NCBI GenBank assembly: GCA_963674865.2
Contig: CAXXYE010000009.1
Coordinates: forward strand, 352,001 to 416,000
DNA from: Candidatus Hydrogenedentota bacterium
Lineage (GTDB): Bacteria; Hydrogenedentota; Hydrogenedentia; Hydrogenedentales; SLHB01
DNA: 64,000 bases
Direction: 5' to 3'
The notes below the pieces were generated by a model. It had not been told where the DNA came from. It saw only the letters and a program-made list of their open reading frames with translations, and did not search any database. Position numbers and translations under genes: made by a program. This document shows positions 1 to 11,700 of the stretch, piece after piece. Numbering within the stretch: position 1 is the first letter of the stretch; each line of letters starts with the position of its first letter.

Positions 1-1284
1 CGCCTTGTCGAGGAAGGCGTTTCCCTGACGCAACACTACGCGGCGTCGCCGGTATGCGCGCCGAGCCGCGCCGGGCTGCTCACGGGCCGCTATCCGCACC
101 GAACCGGCGCGATCGATACGCTTGAGGGACGCGGCCTCGATCGCTTGGCCTTGAAAGAAACGACGCTGGCGGACTTGATGAAGCGCTCCGGATACGCGAC
201 GGGCCTTGTCGGCAAGTGGCACAATGGCGCGCTCGACTCGCGGTATCATCCGAACGCACGCGGCTTCGACGAGTTCGTCGGTTTTCGCGGCGGCTGGCAG
301 GACTACTACCGCTGGCGCCTGGATCGAAACGGCGCCTTTGCGAAGAGCGATGGGCGCTATCTGACGGACGTGTTCGCCGACGAGGCCGTCCGGTTTGTCG
401 AGCGCCATGCCGCCGAGCCATTCTTTCTCCACGTCGCCTTCAATGCGCCGCATTTTCCCTTTCAGGCGCCGGAGGACGAGGTAGCTCCCTTCGCCGAGAC
501 GGGCCGCTTCACCGAAGTCGTCAGCCTGATCTACGCCATGATCCGCCGCATGGACAAGGGCATCGAGCGCGTGCTCGACACCTTGGCGCGGCTGGGCATC
601 GAGCAGAACACGCTCGTCATGTTCACCAGCGATAACGGGCCGCAGCTCGCCGGGGAAGGCGAGCGCGACACGAGGCGCTTCAACTGCAATTTCAACGGCG
701 CCAAAGGCACCACCTATGAAGGCGGCGTACGCGTGCCCATGGTGCTCCGGTGGCCGGCCGGCCTCGACGCCGACCGCCACTATGATGAGTTCGTCCACTT
801 CATGGATTGGCTGCCCACGCTGCTGGCAATCGCCGGGCAGGAGCCGCCGAAGGGCCTCGCCCTCGACGGCCAAAACATCCTCCCCGTGTTGCATGGCGAG
901 CCGCGCAAGGTAAATCCGCGAAGGTGCTGGCAGTGGAATCGCTACACGCCCGTGATCGAGGGCAACGCCGCGATACGCGACGGCGACTGGAAACTGATTC
1001 GCCCCGTCATTTCGGCAGCGATGCAGATGAGCCGGGAAGACGCCGATATGGACGGCGGCTTGAAGTACGAGCCGGAGAAGTACGCCGACATCAACCGCCA
1101 TCCCGAACCGGAGCGCGAGATCCCCACGCCACCGCCCCCGCTGTTGTACAACATCAAGGACGACCCCCTCGAATGCCACGACCTCGCCGAGGCCGATCCT
1201 GATCGAGCCGCACGGATGCTCCGCGATCTCGAGGCGTGGTTTGAGGAAGTCGAGGCCGAGCGCCGCGCCATCCAAGACGACTGA
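1..1284 (+). CDS. Arylsulfatase-family sulfatase (5' end truncated by window edge)
   Basis: Frame 1 is open from base 1 and contains the formylglycine motif CAPSRAGLLTGR (55-90), then GKWH, FTSDNG and KGTTYEGGVRVP motifs. Confidence 0.92.
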   Translation, partial: RLVEEGVSLTQHYAASPVCAPSRAGLLTGRYPHRTGAIDTLEGRGLDRLALKETTLADLMKRSGYATGLVGKWHNGALDSRYHPNARGFDEFVGFRGGWQDYYRWRLDRNGAFAKSDGRYLTDVFADEAVRFVERHAAEPFFLHVAFNAPHFPFQAPEDEVAPFAETGRFTEVVSLIYAMIRRMDKGIERVLDTLARLGIEQNTLVMFTSDNGPQLAGEGERDTRRFNCNFNGAKGTTYEGGVRVPMVLRWPAGLDADRHYDEFVHFMDWLPTLLAIAGQEPPKGLALDGQNILPVLHGEPRKVNPRRCWQWNRYTPVIEGNAAIRDGDWKLIRPVISAAMQMSREDADMDGGLKYEPEKYADINRHPEPEREIPTPPPPLLYNIKDDPLECHDLAEADPDRAARMLRDLEAWFEEVEAERRAIQDD

Positions 1285-1311
1285 GTGCTCGTGAAGAAAT
1301 CGGCAATGTCC

Positions 1312-1368
1312 GGAAAAAGGGACATGTTCCAAGCGCCGTCCCCGGCGCGACTACGTGTCCCCTTTTCC
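1312..1368. repeat. GGGAC...GTCCC palindromic element; possible bidirectional terminator between convergent genes
   Basis: GGAAAAAGGGACATGT / ACGTGTCCCCTTTTCC arms (14/16 complementary) with inner GCGCCG-TCCC-CGGCGC hairpin; 1347-1362 recurs exactly at 51105-51120. Confidence 0.65.
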
Positions 1369-2355
1369 CGCCTCGCGGCGGAGGGCGTCGAGGGCGTTCT
1401 GGAAATCGGGCGGCAGCGGCGCTGAGAAACTCAACCGCTCCCCCGTGGCCGGATGCGTAAATCCCAGACGCTCGGCGTGGAGTGCCTGGCCTTTCAGCTG
1501 CCCGAGACTCTCCTTGGTTTCCGCACGCACCGGCCATTTCGAGAAGTCCGATACGCCGTACACCGTGTCGCCAAGCACCGGCCGGCCCGCGTAGCGCAGG
1601 TGAACGCGCACTTGGTGTGTCCGGCCCGTCTCGAGCTGGAGTCCGACGAGCGATGCGTAGCCAAACCGCTCGAGCACCTCGAAATGTGTAACCGCGTCGC
1701 GCCCCTGCAATCCCGTAATTGTCATGCGGGTGGGATCGGCCGTACTGCGGCCCATGGGAGCATCGATGCGGCCGCGCTCTTCCTTGAACTCCCCGCTAAC
1801 CAAGGCGAGATAGCGCCTGTCGAAGGTGTGTTCCCGAGCCTGTTGCGAAAGATGCGTGAAGGCCCGGGGCGACTTGGCGACCACCAGCACGCCGGAGGTG
1901 TATTGATCGAGGCGATGCACGATGCCGGGCCGATCCGCTTCGCCGCCGGGACGCTTGAAATCAGGACAATGAAACAGAACAGCGTTAACCAGCGTGCCCG
2001 TGTAATGCCCCGGCGCAGGATGGACGACGAGCCCCGCGGGCTTGTTCACTACCACGACATCCGCGTCCTGATAGAGGATCTCGAGGGGAATATCCTCAGG
2101 CGCGGCATCGGTGGATGGCGGGGGAGGCATTTCCGCCCGTACGGCCTCCCCGAGCGCCATCGCGCGCGAAGGGCGGCGGCACGGCGAGCCGTTAATGGAC
2201 ACGCCCCCATCCTTGATGACCTTCTTCAGGAATGAGCGCGACGCATCCTCGATCTCGCCGGCAAGATAGACATCCAGGCGAAGGCCCTGTTGTGCCTCGT
2301 CGACGATGGACTCGAAAACATCCGAGGCGTCAGCGCCGTTGGTGTTCTGACTCAT
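1351..2355 (-). CDS. rluD: RluA/RluD-family 23S rRNA pseudouridine synthase
   Basis: N-terminal S4 domain (RLDVYLA), NKPAGLVVHP, catalytic HRLD, TGRTHQVRVH, QALHA. Confidence 0.9.
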   Translation of the reverse strand: MSQNTNGADASDVFESIVDEAQQGLRLDVYLAGEIEDASRSFLKKVIKDGGVSINGSPCRRPSRAMALGEAVRAEMPPPPSTDAAPEDIPLEILYQDADVVVVNKPAGLVVHPAPGHYTGTLVNAVLFHCPDFKRPGGEADRPGIVHRLDQYTSGVLVVAKSPRAFTHLSQQAREHTFDRRYLALVSGEFKEERGRIDAPMGRSTADPTRMTITGLQGRDAVTHFEVLERFGYASLVGLQLETGRTHQVRVHLRYAGRPVLGDTVYGVSDFSKWPVRAETKESLGQLKGQALHAERLGFTHPATGERLSFSAPLPPDFQNALDALRREAGKGDT

Positions 2356-2398
2356 AATTGACGGCGCTTATCTGCAGATGAAGAAGCGTCAAGAAGAA

Positions 2399-2460
2399 GC
2401 GAAAAACGGGGACTGACGCAAGCGGAGCGAAGCGAAGACGTGTCTGTCCCTGCTTTTCGC
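2399..2460. repeat. GGGAC...GTCCC palindromic element
   Basis: GCGAAAAACGGGGACTGAC...GTCTGTCCCTGCTTTTCGC imperfect inverted repeat; core resembles 25200-25252. Confidence 0.6.
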
Positions 2461-2466
2461 ATACCG

Positions 2467-3993
2467 CTAGAGGAGTCCGGCCGCACGACGGAATCCTGGG
2501 GCGAGAGCTTGATAGGCCGCCTGATACTCCGCGAACCATGGATCATAAGCGGCCGCCCGCGCCGTATCCGGTTCGCAAGTGTCAACCACGCGGATAGTGG
2601 CGTCGCAGGCCTCCTCCACGCTGCCGTACATCCCCGTGCCCACCGAAGCCAGCAGGGCCGCGCCGTATGCCGGCCCCTCATCGATGTTGATCAAGACGAG
2701 CGGCGCTTTGTTCACATCGGCCTGGATCTGCCGCCATACCGTGCTGCGGGCCCCGCCGCCCGAGGCGCGGACCTGCTCTTTGGATACGCCCATCTCATGC
2801 AGAATCTCGAAGCTGTCCCGCAGCGCGTACGCCACGCCCTCGAGCACGGCGCGCGCCATATGCGCCCGCGTATGCCTGAGCGAGAGGCCCACAAACGCCC
2901 CCTTGGCAAAGGGATCCTTGTGGGGCGTCCGCTCGCCGGTAAGGTATGGCAGGAAGAGCAGGCCCTCGGCGCCTGGGGGCACGGCGCCCGCCGCGGCGCA
3001 GATATAGTCATACGGATCGGCGCCAGTCTCGGCCGCGACGGCCTGCTCGGCCTGGCAAAGAGCATCGCGAAACCAGCGAAGCGATCCGCCCGCGCTTAAC
3101 ACCACGCCCATCACGTGCCACTTGCCCGGCACGGCGTGGCAGAAGGTGTGTACGCGCCCCTTGGGATCGGTAGACACCTTGTCCGCAAACGCGAACACGA
3201 CGCCGCTCGTGCCGACGGTAGATGAGATCACGCCTGGCCGGACGATGCCGCAGCCGACGCCGCCTGCTGCCTGATCCCCGCCGCCCGCCACCACGGGAAT
3301 GCCGGCCGGAAGGCCCGTCGCGGCCGCCGCCTCTGTCGAGAGGGTGCCTGTGACCTCAGGTCCTTCATAGGCCGGTGGCATGAATTCCGCGGGCACATCA
3401 AGCAAGGCCATGAGTTCCTGGTGCCAGGAACGGTTTTTCACGTCGAACAGCAAGGTTCCGGAGGCATCTGCGACGTCCGTGGCGAATTCCCCCGTCAGCT
3501 CAAGGCGGACGTAGTCCTTCGGTAGAAGCACCTTGCGGACACGCTCGTACACCTCGGGCTCGTTGTCGCGCAGCCAGAGGATTTTCGGTGCAGTGAACCC
3601 AGTGAGCGCCGGATTGCTCACCATCTCGATGAGCCGTTCGGCCCCCACCTTGCTGGTGATGTCATCACACTGCTTGGCGGTGCGTTGATCGCACCAGAGG
3701 ATCGCATTGCGCAGGACCTTGCCGTCCCCATCCAAGAATACGGAGCCGTGCATCTGGCCCGTCAGTCCGATACCTTTGACCTCGTCCTTTTCTATGTCCG
3801 GGGCGTGGGCCAATTCAGAAAGGGCCTGGAGGGCGGCCCGTTTCCAATCCGCCGGAGCCTGCTCCGCCCAGTTCGGCTTCGGGCTGAGGAGGGGGTACTC
3901 CACCAAGGCCGTCGCCACAACACGGCCCGTCTCATCAACGGCGAGTGCCTTCGAGCCGCTTGTCCCCACGTCTAGGCCAATGACAATGCCCAT
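2467..3993 (-). CDS. xylB: Xylulokinase (FGGY family)
   Basis: GLDVGTSGSK, GQMHG, WCDQR, GGGDQAAG, YLTGERTPH, SGGGARS motifs; GAAGGGG RBS. Confidence 0.9.
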   Translation of the reverse strand: MGIVIGLDVGTSGSKALAVDETGRVVATALVEYPLLSPKPNWAEQAPADWKRAALQALSELAHAPDIEKDEVKGIGLTGQMHGSVFLDGDGKVLRNAILWCDQRTAKQCDDITSKVGAERLIEMVSNPALTGFTAPKILWLRDNEPEVYERVRKVLLPKDYVRLELTGEFATDVADASGTLLFDVKNRSWHQELMALLDVPAEFMPPAYEGPEVTGTLSTEAAAATGLPAGIPVVAGGGDQAAGGVGCGIVRPGVISSTVGTSGVVFAFADKVSTDPKGRVHTFCHAVPGKWHVMGVVLSAGGSLRWFRDALCQAEQAVAAETGADPYDYICAAAGAVPPGAEGLLFLPYLTGERTPHKDPFAKGAFVGLSLRHTRAHMARAVLEGVAYALRDSFEILHEMGVSKEQVRASGGGARSTVWRQIQADVNKAPLVLINIDEGPAYGAALLASVGTGMYGSVEEACDATIRVVDTCEPDTARAAAYDPWFAEYQAAYQALAPGFRRAAGLL

Positions 3994-4063
3994 GATTTCC
4001 CCTTCTTGATCCTGCTTGCGCGCCCTTTACCGCCTAATCCCCGATGCCGCAACAGAGCAGCCC

Positions 4064-4100
4064 AAAAAACAATCGACAGGGCCGCTTGCGCGACCCTGTC
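4064..4100 (-). terminator. Rho-independent terminator after rpsU
   Basis: GACAGGGTCGC-GCAA-GCGGCCCTGTC hairpin followed by GATTGTTTTTT on the minus strand. Confidence 0.8.
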
Positions 4101-4126
4101 TCAGAAGGTGTCATTACATCCGCGGC

Positions 4127-4309
4127 CTATTCGTTGGCTGCAGCACGCGCGATAGCTTTCGCGATCTTCCTACGCCGTTTCTCGCTCGGCTTCTCGTAAT
4201 GTTTCGTCTCTTTCAGGCGTTGCATGATACCTTCTTTATTGCACTTCTTCTTGAAGCGCCGCAACGCCTTCTCGAACGGCTCATCCGTTTTTACGCGAAC
4301 CTTTGTCAC
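4127..4309 (-). CDS. rpsU: 30S ribosomal protein S21
   Basis: EPFEKALRRFKK...HYEKPSEKRRRK; GGAGG RBS before GTG. Confidence 0.96.
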   Translation of the reverse strand: MTKVRVKTDEPFEKALRRFKKKCNKEGIMQRLKETKHYEKPSEKRRRKIAKAIARAAANE

Positions 4310-4432
4310 TCAGTCTCGACCTCCCCTCTCGGCAAAGTTGATAATGCTAAGGTGTAACATCAGGGACATCGGTGGACACCCCTGCACCTAAATCCCTGGT
4401 TCTTACTCGACCTCTGGTGTTACTGGCTCACC

Positions 4433-4462
4433 ACTATATCACCACGCCGGATTGACTGTCAA
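4433..4462 (-). promoter_or_regulatory. sigma-70 promoter of rpsU
   Basis: TTGACA (4462-4457), 18 nt, TATAGT (4438-4433). Confidence 0.75.
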
Positions 4463-4536
4463 CTTGGCGCGAAAAACCGCAGTCCCGCGACAGTCTTTCT
4501 TGCGTGCCTTAAAGCCTTTACATCACAAGACTTCGC

Positions 4537-4563
4537 AAAGGCATGCCCCAGTAGGGGCGTGCC
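4537..4563 (-). terminator. Hairpin, probable terminator after rpoC
   Basis: GGCACGCCCC-TACT-GGGGCATGCC followed by a short TTT immediately after the rpoC stop. Confidence 0.55.
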
Positions 4564-4564
4564 G

Positions 4565-7500
4565 TCACGCGACAATATCGCTTGCCTCGGTAGCCGGACC
4601 CACTTCGAGTTCGTCCGAGAAGTCCTGCGTCACATCCGCCGTCAAGATGGCCTGAGAATCCTGATAATGTCGGCTTCCCGTCCCCGCTGGGATCAGGTGC
4701 CCGATGATCACGTTCTCTTTTAGACCGCGGAGCTGGTCCCGCTTACCGGAAAGCGCGGCCTCCGTCAAGACGCGCGTCGTTTGCTGGAAGGACGCCGCCG
4801 CGATGAAACTCTCCGTGCTCAAAGCCGCCTTGGTGATGCCTTGCAGCATGGGCTCCGCCATTGCCGGGCGCCCATCCTTCGCACGAGTCTGCTCATTGAC
4901 CTCTTGGAACCGGATCTTGTCCACTTCCTCGTGGGCCAGGAACGGCGTATCGCCAGGATCATCCTTGACACGGACCTTCCGAAGCATCTGACGGATAATG
5001 ACTTCGATGTGCTTGTCGTTAGTCCGCACGCCCTGCAAACGGTACACCTGCTGGACCTCATCGAGAAGGTACTTACGCAACGCGTCCTCGCCCAAGACCT
5101 CCAGAATGTCCTTCGGAATCACCGGGCCGTCCGTCAGGCGCTGGCCCGCCACAACCCGGTCGCCCGTCTGCACATTGAGATGCTTGCCCGGCGGGATCGT
5201 ATACTCACGCTCCTTACCAACCGGAGGAATAACCTTAACCTTCCGCATTCCCTTTGTGGCTCCGCCGAGTTCCACAATCCCGTCGATATGGCTGATCACG
5301 GCCGGATCCTTCGGAGGACGGGCCTCGAAAAGCTCCGCAACGCGCGGCAACCCGCCCGTGATGTCGGTGGTCTTGCTGAAAGTACGCGGCGTCTTGGCCA
5401 GCAGGTCGCCGGCGCGGACCTTGACGCCGTCCTCGACCACCACGTGCGTTTGCGCCGGAACCGTAGCGTACGCCAGGACCTCGTCATTCTTGCCCAAAAT
5501 CGTGATCTGGGGATGCAGGTCTTGGCGATGCTCCGTGATGACGCGTTCCTCCAAACCGGTGTCCGGATTGATATCCACGCGCATCGTGACGCCTTCCACC
5601 ATGCCATCGAGCTGAATCAGGCCCGAAGCTTCGGCCACGATCGAGACGTTATACGGATCCCACTCGAAGATGATGGAGCCCTTGCGGACCTTCTGGCCAT
5701 CCTCGATGTGTAACGCGCATCCTGTAGGTACCGGATAGCGCTGGAGTTCCCGCTCCTCGCTGTCCGTCACAACCAGCTCGCCGCCCCGGCTGACAACCAC
5801 CGTCTTGCCGTCCCGGTCTTCGGCTGTCCGGACGTTCCGGTACGTAACCACGCCGGTCTCGACCATACGGACCTCGCTCGACTCCACCTGCCGGCTGGCA
5901 GCGCCGCCGATATGGAATGTGCGCATTGTCAACTGGGTGCCCGGCTCGCCGATGGACTGGGCTGCGATGATGCCGACCGCCTCGCCCATTTCGACGAGAC
6001 GCCCGGTCGCCAGGTTCCGCCCGTAGCATTTCGCACAGACGCCGCGAGACGACTGGCACGTAAGCACGCTGCGGATCCGGATGCCCGGGAACCCCTTTTC
6101 GACGATCTTGAGGGCCTTCTCTTCGTCAATCTCCTCATTCGCGCGAACGATGGGCTCCGGCTCGTCCGGAACCGTGATATCTTCAAGCGTGTAGCGCCCG
6201 ACAATGCGCTCCTCGAGGGGGGCGACGATTTCGGCGCCGTCCATGAGCGGCTCGATCCAAATGCCGCTGAGCGTCCCACAATCATCCTCCTCGATGCTCA
6301 CATCCTGCGCCACGTCCACCAGACGGCGCGTCAGATAGCCGGCGTCGGCCGTCTTAAGGGCGGTGTCGGCCAACCCCTTGCGCGCGCCGTGTGAAGAGAT
6401 GAAGTATTCGACCACCGTGAGGCCCTCACGGAAGTTACTCGTGATAGGACTCTCGATGATGTCGCCGCTAGGCTTCGCCATCAGCCCGCGCATTGCCGCC
6501 AACTGGCGAATCTGCTGCTTGTTGCCACGGGCGCCCGAATCGAACATGAGGTAAATGCCGCTGAAGCCCTGATCGCGGTTGGCCATCTGCCGCAACATGG
6601 CCGCGGTCAGTTCCTCCGTCGTGGTGGTCCACTGGTCGATCACTTTGTTGTAGCGCTCGCCTTCAGTGATCAGGCCGTTCTGGTACATCTCATCGATCCG
6701 TTGGACCTCCTGCTGCGCCCGCCCGATAAGCTCTTTCTTATCCGGCGGCACCAACATGTCCTCCATGGCAATCGAGATGCCCGCAAGCGTGGCGTACGTG
6801 AAACCGACGCGCTTCAACTCGTCAAGAAGCTCAACCGTTTTCTGGAGCCCGTGCTCTGCGTAAGCTTTCGCGATGACATCGCCGATGGACGTCTTCGTCT
6901 GCTCCCGGTTCACGTCGTCGAAACTGATCTCTTGCGGAAGAGCCTGCGCAAAGAGTACGCGCCCCGCCGTTGTATCGACGATCTCTCGCTGGGGCGTTCC
7001 GTCTTCCCCTTCCCGCTCGACAACGAGCTTGAGCCGGGCATGAAGATCTATCTGTCCCATTTCATGGGCCAGAACCACGCTCTCCATGTCTGTGAAAACC
7101 TTCCCGGGCGCCAGGATCGCGCCGTCCTTGCCCGTCCACTCGTTCTGCCACTCTCCCTTCGCGCCGCGCCGCACCTTCGTAAGGTACGACACGCCAAGGA
7201 CGATGTCCTGACTCGGCGCCACAATCGGGCGCCCGTGCGACGGGGAGAAGATGTTCGTATTCGACATCATGAGCAGTCGCGCCTCAAGCTGCGCCGCGGG
7301 CATGAGAGGCACGTGAACCGCCATCTGGTCGCCGTCGAAATCAGCGTTGAAGGCCGCGCACACCAAAGGATGGATGCGGATGGCCTTGCCCTCGATCAGC
7401 ACCGGCTCGAAGGCCTGGATGCCGAGGCGGTGAAGCGTGGGCGCCCGGTTCAGCATAACGGGATGCTCCTTGATGACCTCCTCGAGGATATCCCATACTT

Positions 7501-8704
7501 CGGTGCGCCCCTGCGCGATGGCCCGCTTGGCGGCCTTGATCGTCGTAGCGATGCCGCGTTCCTTCAGTTCGTGAATGATGAACGGCTCAAACAGCTCCAG
7601 CGCCATCTTTTTTGGAAGGCCGCATTGGTGGAGCCTGAGTTCCGGCCCCACCACGATCACGCTACGCCCGCTATAGTCCACGCGCTTGCCAAGAAGGTTC
7701 TGACGAAACCGGCCTTGCTTCCCCTTCAGCATGTCGCTCAGGGACTTCAGCGGGCGATTGCCCGCCCCAAGCACCGTTCGGCCGTGCCGGCCGTTGTCGA
7801 AAAGCGCGTCCACGGCCTCTTGGAGCATGCGCTTCTCATTCCGAAGGATAACCTCCGGCGCGCGCAGCTCGACGAGGCGCTTCAGACGATTATTCCGGTT
7901 GATAACCCTGCGGTACAGATCGTTCAGATCGCTCGTGGCATAGCGCCCGCCTTCGAGCGGCACCAGGGGCCGCAGATCCGGAGGAATCACAGGAATGACG
8001 TCCAACACCATCCACGCGGGATCATTGCCGCTCTTACGAAGGGCCTCGACCACCTTGAGTCGCTTAATCGCTTTCGTGCGCCCCTGAATGCTCGTGGTGC
8101 TGGCAAACTGAGCGTGCAGTTCCGCGCTCAACGCCTCGATATCGATCTCCTCGAGCAGCATTTTGACGGCCTCGGCGCCCATCTTCGCCATGAAGGCGTC
8201 GCCCCATTCCGAACGGGCGTCCTGGTACTCGTCCTCCGTGAGCGTCTGCATCTTGTCGAGGGTGGTCTCCCCCGGATCGATGACGATGTAGTTCTCGAAA
8301 TAGATGATGCGTTCAAGAACGCGGATACTCAGGTCGAGGAGGTTGCCGATGCAACTGGGCGTTGTCTTGAAAAACCAAATGTGCGTAACGGGAACGGCGA
8401 GTTTAATACAGCCCATGCGCTCCCGGCGCACCTTGCTTTCCGTGATTTCCACGCCGCAACGGTCGCACGTAATGCCACGGTGCTTGACCTTCTTGTACTT
8501 GCCGCACCCGCATTCCCAGTCCTTCACAGGACCGAAGATGCGCTCGCAAAACAGACCGTCCTTTTCCGGCTTGAACGTACGGTAGTTGATGGTTTCCGGC
8601 TTCTTGACCTCGCCGCGGCTCCACTTGATGATCTCTTCCGGGCTTGCCAAGCGGATCTGAAGCGCATCAAATCGTTCACCTGTCGTCGGTACGTACTTCG
8701 ACAC
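4565..8704 (-). CDS. rpoC: RNA polymerase beta' subunit
   Basis: [13 protein letters not shown], Zn-finger Cys, catalytic [29 protein letters not shown]. Confidence 0.99.
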   Translation of the reverse strand: MSKYVPTTGERFDALQIRLASPEEIIKWSRGEVKKPETINYRTFKPEKDGLFCERIFGPVKDWECGCGKYKKVKHRGITCDRCGVEITESKVRRERMGCIKLAVPVTHIWFFKTTPSCIGNLLDLSIRVLERIIYFENYIVIDPGETTLDKMQTLTEDEYQDARSEWGDAFMAKMGAEAVKMLLEEIDIEALSAELHAQFASTTSIQGRTKAIKRLKVVEALRKSGNDPAWMVLDVIPVIPPDLRPLVPLEGGRYATSDLNDLYRRVINRNNRLKRLVELRAPEVILRNEKRMLQEAVDALFDNGRHGRTVLGAGNRPLKSLSDMLKGKQGRFRQNLLGKRVDYSGRSVIVVGPELRLHQCGLPKKMALELFEPFIIHELKERGIATTIKAAKRAIAQGRTEVWDILEEVIKEHPVMLNRAPTLHRLGIQAFEPVLIEGKAIRIHPLVCAAFNADFDGDQMAVHVPLMPAAQLEARLLMMSNTNIFSPSHGRPIVAPSQDIVLGVSYLTKVRRGAKGEWQNEWTGKDGAILAPGKVFTDMESVVLAHEMGQIDLHARLKLVVEREGEDGTPQREIVDTTAGRVLFAQALPQEISFDDVNREQTKTSIGDVIAKAYAEHGLQKTVELLDELKRVGFTYATLAGISIAMEDMLVPPDKKELIGRAQQEVQRIDEMYQNGLITEGERYNKVIDQWTTTTEELTAAMLRQMANRDQGFSGIYLMFDSGARGNKQQIRQLAAMRGLMAKPSGDIIESPITSNFREGLTVVEYFISSHGARKGLADTALKTADAGYLTRRLVDVAQDVSIEEDDCGTLSGIWIEPLMDGAEIVAPLEERIVGRYTLEDITVPDEPEPIVRANEEIDEEKALKIVEKGFPGIRIRSVLTCQSSRGVCAKCYGRNLATGRLVEMGEAVGIIAAQSIGEPGTQLTMRTFHIGGAASRQVESSEVRMVETGVVTYRNVRTAEDRDGKTVVVSRGGELVVTDSEERELQRYPVPTGCALHIEDGQKVRKGSIIFEWDPYNVSIVAEASGLIQLDGMVEGVTMRVDINPDTGLEERVITEHRQDLHPQITILGKNDEVLAYATVPAQTHVVVEDGVKVRAGDLLAKTPRTFSKTTDITGGLPRVAELFEARPPKDPAVISHIDGIVELGGATKGMRKVKVIPPVGKEREYTIPPGKHLNVQTGDRVVAGQRLTDGPVIPKDILEVLGEDALRKYLLDEVQQVYRLQGVRTNDKHIEVIIRQMLRKVRVKDDPGDTPFLAHEEVDKIRFQEVNEQTRAKDGRPAMAEPMLQGITKAALSTESFIAAASFQQTTRVLTEAALSGKRDQLRGLKENVIIGHLIPAGTGSRHYQDSQAILTADVTQDFSDELEVGPATEASDIVA

Positions 8705-8707
8705 GGT

Positions 8708-11700
8708 CTAGTCCTCCAGAGTTTCTTCCTCGTCCAGGTCGCTCGCACTCTCGACTTTGATGAGTTTGATCACGTCCAAGCACAGGCTCTGCATTTCCCG
8801 TACGAGTACGTTGAACGATTCAGGCGTGCCGGGATCGACCTCGCGCTCGCCCTTCACAACGGCCTCATAAGCTTTCGTGCGGCCCTGAATATCATCGGAC
8901 TTGATGGTAAGCAACTCCTGCAGCGTGTAGGCCGAGCCATAGGCCTCCAGCGCCCAGACCTCCATTTCGCCGAACCGCTGGCCGCCGAACTGGGCCTTGC
9001 CGCCGAGCGGCTGCTGGGTGACGAGCGAGTACGGGCCGATGGCGCGCGCGTGTATCTTATCGTCAACCAAGTGGTTCAGTTTCATCATGTAGATCTGGCC
9101 AACCGTCACCTCTTGGTCCAACTCGCTCCCGCTGCGGCCGTCGCGCAGTTTGATCTTCCCGCTCTCGGGCAGTCCGGCCTTCTTGAGAAACTGCCGGATG
9201 ACATCCTCCGAGGCGCCATTGAATACGGGAGACGCCACCTTCATGCCCAGCGCCTTGGCCGCCCAGCCCAAATGCGTCTCCAGGATCTGGCCGACGTTCA
9301 TCCGGGAGGGCACGCCCAACGGATTGAGCAGGATCTGCACCGGCGTGCCATCGGGAAGGAACGGCATGTCCTCAACGGGGAGGATCTTCGCGATAACGCC
9401 CTTGTTGCCGTGACGCCCGGCCATCTTGTCGCCAACCGACATCCGCCGCTTCGTTGCCACAAACACCTTGACGAGCTTGATCACGCCCGGTGGCAGTTCG
9501 TCGCCCTTGCGAAGCGTCTCGATGCGGCTATCGCGGAAGGCTATCAGCTTCGCCTCTTCCATAGCGGCCATATTGACCAGACGCGTGATCCGCTGCTGGA
9601 GCTTCGCGTTCTCGACGCGGAGCCGGGCGAGGACGCTGTAATCCACCTTCTCGAGGTGGGCTATCTTAATGCGCTTGCCCTTTTCGAGGACCAACTCGTC
9701 GGTATTGTGGTCCACCACGTCTTCCATGATCTTCAGCCCGACCAGATCATCGCGAAGCAGACCGAGGAACGTCTGGCGAATGGCGTCAATACGCTCCTCA
9801 TAGTAGCGTTTGGTCTTGTTCACTTCGGCCGTGAGGGCCGACTTCGCGGCCTTATCCATCGCTTTATCACGACGGCTGCACACGCGGACATCAACCACAA
9901 CGCCGTCCACGCCCGGCGGCACCGTCAAGGAGGCGTCCCGAACATCCTCGGCCTTCTCACCGAAAATCGCCCGGAGCAACTTCTCCTCAGGAGCAAGCTC
10001 AGTCTCGCCCTTCGGCGTCACCTTGCCCACAAGAATATCGCCAGGCTTTACCTTCGCTCCCAGCCGCACAATGCCGGACTCATCGAGGTTCTTCAGCGCG
10101 TCCTCGCTGACGTTGGGAATATCCCGCGTGACTTCTTCAGGCCCGAGCTTCGTGTCCCGCGCCTCAATATCGAACACCTGGATATGAATCGAGGTGAAGA
10201 CATCATCCTTCACCAAGTCTTCGCTGAGCAGAATCGCGTCCTCGAAGTTGTAACCCTCCCACGGCAGGAAGGCGCAAAGGATATTGCGTCCCAGCGCCAA
10301 TTCGCCGCCGTCGGTAGCCGGGCCATCCGCGATGATGTCCCCTTCGTCGACCTTGTCGCCCTTATGGACGATGGGGCGCTGGTTGATGCACGTGTTCTGG
10401 TTCGACCGCCCATACTTCTTCAGGCGGTATTCGTCCTCCTCCGCCCGGAACGGATTGTCATTCTTGGTAGGACGCTTTGTCCGGCGGATACGGATGATCT
10501 CGCTGTCGGCGTACTCGACAATGCCCGAGCGTTCGGCCCGAACCACCGTACCGGCATTCTTGGCCGTAACGTGTTCGAGGCCCGTGCCGACCAGGGGAGC
10601 CTCCGTCTTGAGCAGGGGCACCGCCTGACGCTGCATGTTGGAGCCCATCAAAGCGCGGTTCGCGTCATCGTGCTCCAGGAACGGAATCAAGGCCGCGGCC
10701 ACGCTGACGAGCTGCTTCGTCGACACGTCCATGTAATCCACTTGATCCGGACCGACCTTGGGGAAGTCCCCTCGGTGACGCGACAAGACCGTGGGATTCG
10801 TGAAACGGTGGTTCCGGTCAAGGGGGGCATTGGCCTGCGCGACAACATAGTTGTCCTCGTCGTAGGCCGACAGGAGTTCCACCGTGTCCTGCACTTTACC
10901 GTTGGAGACCTTGAAGTAGGGCGTCTCGAGGAAACCGTACTCATTGATCCTCGCGTACGTGGACAGCGAAGCCATGAGGCCAATGTTCGGCCCTTCAGGC
11001 GTCTCAATGGGGCAGATGCGTCCGTAATGCGTCGTATGGACGTCACGCACCTCGAACCCGGCCCGCTCCCGGCTCAACCCGCCCGGGCCCAAGGCACTCA
11101 GGCGCCGCTTGTGCGTCAGCTCGGCGAGAGGATTGATCTGGTCCATGAAGTGCGACAACTGGCTGCGTCCGAAGAAGTCCTTGATAACCGCACTCACGGG
11201 CTTCGGATTGACCAGGGTCTGTGGCGTGACCTGATCCTCATCCTGGAAGTTCATCCGCTCGCGCACCGTCCGCTCCATGCGGACCAGTCCGATGCGGACT
11301 TGGTTGGAAAGCAATTCGCCGACGGCGCGTACACGCCGGTTGCCGAGGTGGTCGATATCATCGAGCACACCCTCGCCGCTGCGCAGTCGGACCAGGTACT
11401 GAAGCGTGGCCACCACGTCCTCGGGAGTAAGGGTCTTTGTCTCCTGAGGGATATCGAGCCCCAACTTCCGGTTGATTTTGTAGCGTCCGACCGGGGCGAA
11501 ATCATACCGGCTCGCGTCGAAGAACAGCCGCTGGAAAAAGGTGCGGGTCGTCGACTCCGTAGCCGGATCCCCGGGGCGGATGCGCGCATAGACCTCACGG
11601 AGGGCGTCGGCCTCCGTCTCCGTCGGATCGGCCGCCAACGTGTTTATGATCGACGCATCCTGGGCGTAATCCTCCTGGTTCACCAGCAGGAATTCCTTGA

